From positions 1 to 64,000 of the forward strand of contig ADNK01003472.1 in assembly GCA_000320545.1 (NCBI GenBank): 64,000 nt of DNA. Direction: 5' to 3'. The notes under the pieces are model-generated. The model did no database searches. It was not told the origin of the DNA and saw only the letters and a list, made by a program, of their open reading frames with translations. The stretch comes from Bigelowiella natans CCMP2755 (lineage: Eukaryota > Protista > Cercozoa). This document shows, one piece after another, positions 41,801 to 50,943 of the stretch; positions within the stretch are counted from its first letter, which is position 1, and the number at the start of each line of letters is the position of its first letter. The translations under genes and the position numbers were made by a program.

Positions 41801-43869
41801 CATTCTTGCAGACTGCAGCTTGGATACTACGTAGGTTCTCCCCTACCTACGCTAGGACTGCAGCTGCTTTTACTACTGCTTACCGGAAGGAGAACTCTGT
41901 AGGCCTCAGCTTCGCTAAGGTGTGGGCCAAGGCTGGCCTTGATGCCCACTTCGATAACCTAATAAAGTTATGCAGCAACACCCTATTGAATGCTAAGCTA
42001 GACACTACTAGACCAGCTACCCTATGGACAGACTGGTCTAAGCTAGGTATGGCTGCTGTACTTACCCAAGACCAGCAGATCATACGGGTGTGGGGCAGGG
42101 CCTGCACAGCAGCTGAGGCCAAGTACAGCCCTACAAAAGGAGAGTATAAAGCCATGACTGAGGCGCAGAGGAAACTAAGATACTACCTGCTGTCGGTGCC
42201 CAGCTTCACCTTAATGACTGACCACAAGCCCCTCCTAGGCATCGACCGCAAGCTCGAAGCGCCTAACGATGAGTATGCAGCTATGAGGGCGGACACGGAA
42301 GAGTTTAGGGACAAGAGGACAGTGGTCTACGCACCAGGAGACAAGCAGCTTGCTGACTATTTCAGCAGGCTGTTCGAAAAGAAAGTCCCTACCCAGGTCA
42401 CCCCTATGGTTAACGCGATTACCTTCGAGGACGGCGACTTCCTGCCTGAGCCAGAGGAGCTCCAGCACCTTCAAGAACACCTGGATAAATACAAACACAA
42501 GCATGAGGTACTTAGTGATAGGATATATGTATACACTAATAATGTTAGGCGTACCTACGTGCCACGGCGGACCAGGGGAGCCCTTCTCTTTACCGCCCAT
42601 GGACCTGCACACGTAGGAGAAAACCATATCACTGCTCTACTCTACCATTACTACTGGCCCTACAAGCTAAAAGAGATAAGGACATACCTGCGTGGCTGCA
42701 GGTGCTCCAGCTTGAAGGCGGCAGGCGTCGCCACCAAGGAGTCCAGCAAGAGCCGTGCATCTAAGAAAATCAAAGCAAGGAACTTCTTAGATATCGTGCA
42801 AATTGATGTTTATAAGTACGATGGCTATCACTACCTTACCTTCGTTGATGTGGCCACTGGAAAGTGCTGGGTTAAAAAGATTATCAAGGTCAACGTTGCT
42901 AAGAAGAACAAAGGCTTATATAAGCAGAGGCTTACTAACTGCTACCGTACCTGGGAGTCTGAGCTCCAGGCTATCCCTGATGAAGTTAGCATAAACAAGA
43001 TACCAAAGAAGTTACATGTGGATAATGAGACCTCTCTTCTACAGCTACCACACCCTAATATTGATGCCTCACCTGTATACTATGCCCAGTCCAACTCCAA
43101 GGTAGAGCGACTCCACCGCACCTTGGCCAACCTAAGCAGGATAAATAGCACCACACCAGACAAGATACAAGGGTTAGTAAACGACACCTTCACGTCTGGG
43201 GGAGGTATCAAGGATAAGGAGAGGGAAGAAGGCGACGACAACGACGACGATACCGAGAGCGAAGACGAGAAGGTCCCGTACGATGGCCGAGTTCTAAAGG
43301 AAGGACAGTATGTTAGGGCCAAGGTAAATCTGAGATCGAGAAATAAACAAGACCCCTTCTGGGGTGGCGTTGCAAAGGTTACCGAGAGGAAGGGGAGGAA
43401 GCAGTACTACATCTATGATGGGAACAGGGTCACCTTGCGCCACATCAGTCACCTAAAGAATTATGATATCGGTGAGAAGCTCCTAGAGGATGTTAAAGTA
43501 AACCCTACTGTGTGGGAGCGAGCAATGCCTTGTTTAGGACCCCGACCTAAGTTCGATGTGGAATATGGAAACAATAAGGTCAGGGTGAACGACGATTGGC
43601 GCATGAAGATTGTCTATCTAGGCTACCCTGGATTACGAAATATGGAGAGGGTAGCTATGAAAATAAAGGACGGAAAATATCAGCTACTCTACCTAGCTGT
43701 TCCCGACTTACCCTTTGAGCACTGGTATAAGGTCCTGGGGGACCTTGATGCAGAGGGCTGGTATGGACACGAACCTAAGGACGAAGGTGAGTTCTGGGTA
43801 AGCGACAAAGGAGATAAGGTTAGAGAGGAATCTATTACCTGGTGGTTGGTGAAGTTCCGAAAGCGATGA
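38896..43869 (+). CDS. Gag-Pol polyprotein, 1657 aa (Gag, Zn knuckle, protease, RT, RNase H, integrase, SH3/GPY-F-like module, C-terminal MTase-like domain)
   Basis: CGYCSRKGKHTAKDC knuckle; ALWDSGS protease; SPWN, FPYGL, YVDD RT; WTDWS, TDHKPL, ADYFSR RNase H; HGPAH..CRC, QIDV, HVDN, KVERLHRTL integrase. The order PR-RT-RH-IN is Gypsy-type. Confidence 0.97.
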   Translation: MSQQLEEQQDFGSQAVQGHEQKQERKGDTDAKEGGGTPPQAPPGPAPGIKKADAAAEALENFYEADDEDVAAESKKVVMALRALRPRASNYAKLKVSIEYKYQTHDVWAAIMQDIMDYEADLPPEWAALFRNDGGLGASRGTTQSTVKQQQPVQRNTQFMSVKTAPVMITKYNGKRGEARRWWKNARSILCDFTPNPTENDKLKWLAIIKQAMDLYETGRTRIRQLEKIHTTVSGLRDVEAIMKAFVNEQDANSLPQAIRKYRAMMQHEREPVRDFATRFQDMIDELHDFNYNTGDDQARFEEFKLKIKESTYVTEKGYTTMEAAVQAISLREQEQDRKFTSPKVPGIGNINAIKPQRDWYKDREGNRRCGYCSRKGKHTAKDCRDRKEGRPRMTIRQLNEHYEKLKRKKGRGQGYNNSKWQGSNNGKNNKYKNKKQNSINAIQQQINGILDHLKQAPTKTAVPATQDQDKPMTLDDIKNLGVCNINDEDANRTIKVAMTKVKVKDSYGDYKKLPALWDSGSMPKSFISLSTVRRLGLLDQVTKKERKYAQADGSSSMKTVGELMLKLQIPGSDAETQIKTRVAMTLSMELLLGQDALEKLGGIISFYNHKIYFAKLPKKSGRTISQNMIRLDEWTSESSVNALEFMDLADNKLPTPTELRKKNPGKTIRQITELLDKTPPADDWDIDKGKKYINKILNEKYSDITKPTTKPSSKLTPVKIELKKGYEECIINDPEHRRPEADWEKIEWQINEWAKEGKIEPSNSPWNVRHVLAKKPTYPFFRLAHNFIRHNRVIKRIQTPTPRIDDVIEHVIGYKYYSSLDKNESYMQTPIHKTSRPITAFSSRHRKWHFVVFPYGLSISGDAFSSQNYRAYTHDGMASVLWVFVFVYVDDDIICTNTVVAQIFLLENIFIRFAHFGFTIRLQKCTFLATRIKWCGYYLEQGRITPNPEKVAALQQAPKPKNAKELKSFLQTAAWILRRFSPTYARTAAAFTTAYRKENSVGLSFAKVWAKAGLDAHFDNLIKLCSNTLLNAKLDTTRPATLWTDWSKLGMAAVLTQDQQIIRVWGRACTAAEAKYSPTKGEYKAMTEAQRKLRYYLLSVPSFTLMTDHKPLLGIDRKLEAPNDEYAAMRADTEEFRDKRTVVYAPGDKQLADYFSRLFEKKVPTQVTPMVNAITFEDGDFLPEPEELQHLQEHLDKYKHKHEVLSDRIYVYTNNVRRTYVPRRTRGALLFTAHGPAHVGENHITALLYHYYWPYKLKEIRTYLRGCRCSSLKAAGVATKESSKSRASKKIKARNFLDIVQIDVYKYDGYHYLTFVDVATGKCWVKKIIKVNVAKKNKGLYKQRLTNCYRTWESELQAIPDEVSINKIPKKLHVDNETSLLQLPHPNIDASPVYYAQSNSKVERLHRTLANLSRINSTTPDKIQGLVNDTFTSGGGIKDKEREEGDDNDDDTESEDEKVPYDGRVLKEGQYVRAKVNLRSRNKQDPFWGGVAKVTERKGRKQYYIYDGNRVTLRHISHLKNYDIGEKLLEDVKVNPTVWERAMPCLGPRPKFDVEYGNNKVRVNDDWRMKIVYLGYPGLRNMERVAMKIKDGKYQLLYLAVPDLPFEHWYKVLGDLDAEGWYGHEPKDEGEFWVSDKGDKVREESITWWLVKFRKR

Positions 43870-43875
43870 AGGTCT

Positions 43876-43920
43876 AAGGGAATAAGGAAGGAAGGAAGGA
43901 GCAACGTGACTTGGGGGAGG
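43876..43920 (+). promoter_or_regulatory. Polypurine tract of copy 1
   Basis: AAGGGAATAAGGAAGGAAGGAAGGAG, then GGGGGAGG abutting the 3' LTR. Confidence 0.8.
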
Positions 43921-44246
43921 TGTAGCGCGTACCACTACGCGGGCACAAGTCACGTGCGACAACAAAGGGGTTGTCGCGGATATAGAATATAGATAACGTA
44001 GATATTAATACAGCATAGGCACGTGGGTTCCGGCGGGACTCATGGCAGCACACCGGAAGTGTGCTGCCCCACGTGCGGCGGCATTCGCGAAAGCTTCGCG
44101 AATGATTACGCAGTGCACGATTTAATAAAAATATAATCTTTAATAAAAATAAACACAACTCTTCAAAAGGAAGCAAACGTGCCTTTCCCCCCCCCTGCCT
44201 ACTTGTGCACGTAGCGCCTCGGCCTGTGAACACCTTACGCGCAACA
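43921..44246 (+). repeat. 3' LTR of Gypsy copy 1
   Basis: Direct repeat of 38531-38856. Confidence 0.97.
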
Positions 44247-44920
44247 CACAGAGTTGCCCGTTTGGAAGCACAGGCATGTCTTCACGCCGAGGAACCGAAG
44301 TGCACATGATCGCATTTGCTCATCAACATCGTCCCCATGTGAGGTCCAGGAAAACAACCCGCACAAAAATTGACATTCGCCGTCGCTGAAGGCGCATGGG
44401 CAGCAGCATGGCGGCACTCTTTCATGAAATTTTTGGGCGCACGACGAGGACATGTCAAGATCTTGAAACAGTCCCTGGTGTGAGCAGATGACATTTAAAC
44501 ATTTTAAAAAACTAAATATTTTGTGTTGTCGCAGGGCAAAAAACACCTTCCCATTGAAAAAGAATCCCCGATTCCAAATATGATCTAATTCTATGCTGCA
44601 ACATGCAAGGTGTTTGTCGCAGAGATCGAGCGGATGGCAGTTCTTCCAAGTCGCAGTTCAAAAATGCAGCAGGATACAAACCAAACAAACAACAGAGGAA
44701 GTGTTGAGAATGAGACAACAGTTCTTCCAAGTCGCAGTCTAATGCAGCAGGAAACAACTATGAACAACCTCTGCACCACTTACTTGGGACTAGAGCACGT
44801 CGTCAGGTCAGTCGTTCCCCCACCTAGCATAGCAGAGCCTTGGAGAATGACTGGCGCTACTTTGTTTGTTCGTCATCAACCCCAACATCATGCGCATCAT
44901 CAATCAGCATTTTAATTAGG

Positions 44921-45587
44921 ATGACAGAGAAGGACGTCAACCATCGGCTTGCGAAAACTGCTTTCATTGCGATTGCTCTCATTGTCTGCTCCGCCTCCTA
45001 CTTCGGGAAAATCCCAGCAGCAAGCCCCCTCCCTCTTAAGCTGTCGCTCAGATCCTATCAGAACAACCTGGCTACGGCCCCTGCAAATTATGGCCCGAAA
45101 GGATGTAGATTCTGTCGCCGTCGTCGTCGTCACCGTCGTCAATCTGAAATCTTCGCGGCAGTTTCCTCTTCTTCACGTCGTCAAGCTGCAATTACTGCCA
45201 CAGAAGGCACAAGGAATGATGAGGAGAAATTCTTTGTAATGGTGTCGCTTAAAGTAAAACCAGACATGCACGATAAATTCTTGAAAGCAGCTCTCATTGA
45301 TGCCCGTGGAAGCGTGATAGATGAACCCGGCTGCTATAGGTAGTGGCAGTGGTAGTGGTAGTGGTAGTAGTGGTAGTAGTAGCAGCAGTAGTAGTAATAA
45401 TAATAGTAGTAGAAGTAGTAGAATCGAGGAACACGCTTAGTTATGTATGTAGATGTGCCGGCATTTAAAACTAAGTCGTCCATTCCTGTTGCCAAGTGTT
45501 ACTTTCTTTGATTTGTGCTTGTGTCATCGTTTCTGACATCACATCATTATCATTATCATCATGATCATTGTTATCATCATTATTATT

Positions 45588-45619
<32 letters not shown>

Positions 45620-48065
45620 GGTGCAAATTAGGTTTGACATAATTCAAGATGAACTAGATGAGAACAAATTTGCGTTCTATGAAGTAAATAGATGAAGTGT
45701 TCTCTTACTGTAGATTGTTGCCATAGTCTTTGTCCTCATGGGGCCGACACCCTTCCTCCTCCATTTTTATTCTATGATTTCTCTTGAAAAAGTATTGAAT
45801 AAGAGAACGGAGAGCGTGTTCCGTTTCCACAAGTTGTTCACGATGATTCTTTTTCTTCTGTCAACACAATCAATCAGGTTTACGAAGATCGCGCTGCATT
45901 TGACTTTCATACAACCACGCCGCACTTTCTACAGTAAGGAGAGGGAGGGAGGGGGGGGGAACGAGGAAGACAGATCATGAATTTTGATGACGCTGATGAT
46001 CATGGCAGTAACCGTACGATACTTAAAGCGTATTTATATGAATCCTTTTTTCATCTCAAGCAACATTATTTTCATCAGACTTATCATCACATCATGGTGT
46101 ATACATTTCCAGGTTCAAAAAAGTAACAGGAGAAGTACTCTCTGAAAAGGAAAGGGTGATAGTAGCAGATATGAAAACATGTAACCCCTTGCTGAATATC
46201 CCAATCATTACTTCTTTTTCTCTTTTCAATAATAATCATTAATAACTATAATGATCGTTTTGTCAACTGAATCTGCCAGACTCCTGAAAACTTCTCATTG
46301 TTATTTGCCTCTCCTCACCTCTTGCATTCATTCCTTCAATACTTCTCCTTCATACCCTCTTCTATAATAAGGTAAGCTTTTGTAAGAATATCTATCCAGC
46401 TTTAGGAGGAGGAGAGGCATCAATATGTTGGAGCTCGGTTCGTCAAGATGATGTAGAGGTATTTCTTTTGAGACTAGTAGCTATAGCAGTAGTAGTTAGA
46501 CGCTAATATTGATTGTCTGTCTTATTATCATTATAATTTTTATTTTGACATGCTATGATCGATCATGGTGGTAAAAAATTACTGATAGCCTGTGGATGAT
46601 CCAGCCTTTACAAAGGTAGAAACTACTCAGCACCTTTAGAGCATTATGTTTAACACCATCATTTATTATTAATCTGGTCTTTAAAGAAAAAGCAAGAAAA
46701 TAACTATCGTCTCCATTATTGTGGTCGTCATTATCATCATCATCATCATCATCCTCATCATCGCTACTGTTATCATACCCATGCAACAAACATCATTATC
46801 ATTCTTCTTATCAATAAATTGGACATCTGGCTTACAATACCACCTTCATGTGAGATCGATCATAGCATTACTAATTATTGCGACTATATTCTCGATTTTT
46901 CAAGGGGTCTCTACAAGTAATACACGCACCGCACTTCATTAAAAACGGAAGGTTGGTAGCAACATCAATGCAATTATGATAAGCTTCTGCTATCGATCTA
47001 TCCGCCATGATTGGTGGGTTGAGGAGATATGAATTTGTTGAACGAAATAATACATTATGGTCTTTTTCCTTGCATTTGTTACTGACAAAACGGATTAATG
47101 GTGATAGATACGATGATGGGGATTTGATGATGCAGGGTTAATGAATTCATTGAGGAGATACTAGAAGATGCCAATGGCTCCTTGTCACAAGTAGTGGAAC
47201 AATTTAAATAAATAATTGTACGTCGTCGTCTATGTGTTCTAGTCTCCCATTATGATGGGTGGATATGCATTCTCATCCTTGATATGTATTGCTTACACAT
47301 CATTCGTCGTCTATCCATAGGAGCCAGGCTGCTTACGCTTTGACGTGCTACAAAATATAGAAGACCCTAAAGAAATATATCTATATGAGGTAGTAGGTAT
47401 TACTATCAGTGAAAGGATTTAACATTTATCATCCATTTATATTATCATACCTACTACAGCTTCTGGTCTACTAAATTTGCTTCAATATATGAATTAAATT
47501 TCTCGTCATTTACCAATTGCCCTGCTGTTAAAAGAACGGTTGAGTGGGACATATGTTCTTGTTACCTCTTCCTCTTCCTCCTCATTTACGATATTCTTTG
47601 ATTGCTGGGTAGGTGTACACAAACTCAGATGCTTTCGAATATCACAAAACGACTCCACACATTGCAAAGTGGCTTGAAGCTACAAAAGACATGTATAATA
47701 TTACTAGAAATATAGAACACCACTACCAGCACCAAAATCATCATCATAATCATCATAGAATTTATTATGGCGGTAGTAGCCCAAGTAGAAAGTACTATTA
47801 CTGTTTGCAAAGCCATGTTGGAATATTTTTCTTAAATTTTCTTTACCCCTAGTACTAACTACTACTACTACAACTACTGCTGCTGCTGCTGCTACTACTA
47901 CTACGACTACTACAATCCTCATACTTCTTCACCGCTGTTAATATATTATCCATGAAGATATTATACCTCGCACAATTCCAACAGGTATGACGATTCAATG
48001 CTAGAAGCAAATGGTAATGATGGTTTTAGCTTCAACACACGACTGCACCAAGACATTATTCTAAG
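44921..48065 (+). CDS. Tandem ABM-domain (LsrG-like) protein with bipartite targeting leader, multi-exon; 3' end approximate
   Basis: Leader TAFIAIALIVCSASYFG followed by an R/S-rich stretch. Domain 1: FFVMVSLKVKPDMHDKFLKAALIDARGSVIDEPGCYR | FDIIQDELDENKFAFYE | VYEDRAAFDFHTTTPHF. Domain 2: EPGCLRFDVLQNIEDPKEIYLYE | VYTNSDAFEYHKTTPHIAKW. Confidence 0.85.
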
Positions 48066-50675
48066 CCATAAAGTTCAATTTTTAATGCTGCGAATCAGAT
48101 GTAATCGCATCAAATGCAATGTAAATCAGGTGATGTGAAGAATTTCCAACGCAGAATCAGATCCATAGGAAAAAATGTATTTCCTCCAGACAACTGGAAA
48201 TGGCGAAGCTTGTAGTGAATGTGATGATTCAACGCAAGCAAATTTGTTATTCCAACTCCATTGTAGGTCATCCATCACATTGGTGGCATTCACATTGATG
48301 TTAGAATCAAAATGTAACAACAAATGACAGCATCCAACACACGATCAAATCATAATGTCTGCGCAGTGAGCAAAAAATCACGTCATTTTGGAAGATACCC
48401 TGCCAAATGATGTTTGGTTTGCACAGCAGCATTCACGTCTGTGCGATACACAAACACACGGAGAGTTGACCAAACGTCATGTTTCTCCATTGTTTGGTGT
48501 CCCCGCGCAGTTGTGATCACAGCATTGACAATTCTTCGCCTCATCATCACGATCTAAAGTGCAATGCATTGATGTGGAAGATGTGTGCATCTCAGGTTTC
48601 GCATCTGCGATTGATCTAGTGATGAATGAATGAATGATTACTCATGATCCCATGTAATCCCGTGCAATTTGCACTGGTGCATGTGCTGAACGTGAACGCT
48701 CGAACATTGGACTTCACAAGTTTGTTGCTACGCGTGAATGAATCAAGTGATTCCAATGATGTAGTTGAAAAGATCATGCGATGCGTCATCCAACTCTAGG
48801 CCTAGCTCATCCGTGCCCTCTGGTCCTCCCCTATCAATTGAAAATGTGAAAACTGCACGAATGAAGTGATGACAAATGAACGAATGAATCATGAACCAAA
48901 GTGGCCTCGTTCCACAGGAGCGGTTGAAAGTGCGAGCAAGAACCCTGTGCACTGCGCACTGCACAGTGCAATCATTGAACATTGAACATTCTCAAATCTG
49001 ACAATGAACATTGACCTGCGTGTGGAACCATCGATGCAAAGTCTGCATGACATGCGCAAGAACCTCATGGGAGACAATAGCGTTTGCATGCAGCAGCCCA
49101 TGGCAGCGCCCACCAACAAAAATCATTGTGGAGACTTGTCAACAATGAACAACACCCCACTGACACAGGGACACATGTGTCCATGCACGTGTACGCGTGA
49201 GAAACACATGTACCCATGCACACCACATGCACCATCATTTGGCACACGTGTAGCTGTGGGTGCATGTGAAGTACGCGATGTGCACATGTCGTAGACGGCT
49301 ACACGTGTAGGGACACATGTGTCCATGCACTGATGTTGGTTGTTGTCTGGCTTCCATTGAACACTGCATTGAACCAGGCATTCATGCAAAACAACGTGCG
49401 CAAGAAACACACGGGAGACGCGCGTTTGCACGCACCAGCGCCCGCCACAAGCAAAAATCATTGCGAGGTCTTGTCAGCACCCCATGTTGGTGGTGATTGT
49501 CCAGTCAAACAGTTCATGTCAAGTGGCAGCAGCTGGTTGAGACTGGAAGTGATCGTTGAGTCCAAGTTGGGCGATCTTTGGATGACAGATGACAGCAGCA
49601 TCGAGTTTGTTGATGGTCGTGGTCAGGCTGGAAAGATGAATCGATCGAGTTGGAGGGGAGAGCTGGGACAACTGATCAAATCTCACCAGTGCCTGTTTGT
49701 CGTTCGATTGTTGACGTGCCGATGACCGAGTTTTCATTCCAAGAAAGAACAAAGAAAGAAACTTGATGATGGACCACGTTTCCAAAGTGTTGGATGAAAC
49801 TTGCAAAGTGCGAAACAAGCAGATGCACGCAGGAACAATGAACAATGAACAATGATGATGAACCACAACAACATTTCCAAAGTGTGGCAAGCAGACACTT
49901 GCAGCAAACGAAACGCAGTGCCTCGAACCAACTTCAGTGAGGACCAAAGGAATCAAGAACGGCACTTTGGCCATTCCTCCGTTCCCAGTTTCATTGTCTT
50001 CAGTGCCTGATCTTTGCCAACTTTGGGACTGTGACTTCTCTCTGCTTTCTTCACCCCGAAACGTGACAAACGCAAGTGATTTCATGCGAAATCCTCCCAT
50101 CGTGGCTTTCTCATTCTTGGAGTTTGCCAAGCAAGGCCACCATGCCTCACAGCCTCCAAACAAACCCCAAGCAAACAATCCCATGAACCACACCTTCATG
50201 GCCCACTTGGCTGCACGAGCTTCACGCCAACCACAACATCCCCGGCTTGTGATTTTGCGAAGACATTGCCCCTGCTGGGTGGCACAAAGTTGGAGGAGGA
50301 CACACTCATGACCTGCGCGGTCCATTGCTGTCCCATGTTGAGACGCTCAAGTCACGGCTAGCTGCAACAAGCAGCAGCCGTGGTCACAGCAGTAGCAGCT
50401 CAGCTAGCTGCAATGAGCAGCAGCCATGGTGGCAGTGGCACGGCCAGCTGCAATGATGAGCAGCAGCCGCAGCAGCAGCAGCAGCAGCAGTGGCAGTGGC
50501 AGTGGTGGCACTGGCGGTTCTCCGAATGTTCGCGAACTTGGATGGGCGCTGCAAACAGCAGCACGTGCCGCGCATGTGTGCAACAACGCAAGTCGCGGCT
50601 GACATGATTTTTCACACAGACCATGCAAGTGTCATTTCGCGCATTGCACTCATCCTGACGTGGTTCATCCGGGAT

Positions 50676-50943
50676 GAATCTTGGACACAGATCCGAACAT
50701 CCTTGCTTTGGCAACCAAGTCACCGGTGGCTAGGGCGACACGTCAGTCTACCCCACCGGTGAACAGGAATGTGGTTCAGGGATGAGGGGGGAAGCCACCC
50801 TCGCAACCGAAAACCCCCCGTCCATTCTGGCATTGCCACTTCGGCGAACGCAACTTTGAATCTTGAACACAGATTCAAACATCCTTGATCAGGCAACCGA
50901 GTCACCTGTGGCTGGGGCGACATGTCCGTCTGTCCCACCAGTG
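50676..50943 (+). repeat. Degenerate ~182-bp tandem repeat; the second unit is interrupted by Gypsy copy 2 and resumes at 56661-56735
   Basis: Unit A (from 50676) and unit B (from 50858) align. A reads ...CCACCGGTGAACAGGAATGTGGTTCA...; B reads ...CCACCAGTG[Gypsy]AGTGAACAGGAATGTGGTTCA.... Confidence 0.85.

Larger units (their letters stand above)
38531..44246 (+). mobile_element. Full-length Ty3/Gypsy LTR retrotransposon, copy 1
   Basis: Two 326-bp LTRs (38531-38856, 43921-44246) with TGT...ACA ends, a PBS, a PPT and a single gag-pol ORF. No matching TSD. Confidence 0.97.

Noticed and set aside
44636-44760. ~81-bp imperfect duplication (CAGTTCTTCCAAGTCGCAGT...ATGCAGCAGGA) upstream of the ABM gene
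   Set aside because: Only two degenerate copies, with no evidence of function.
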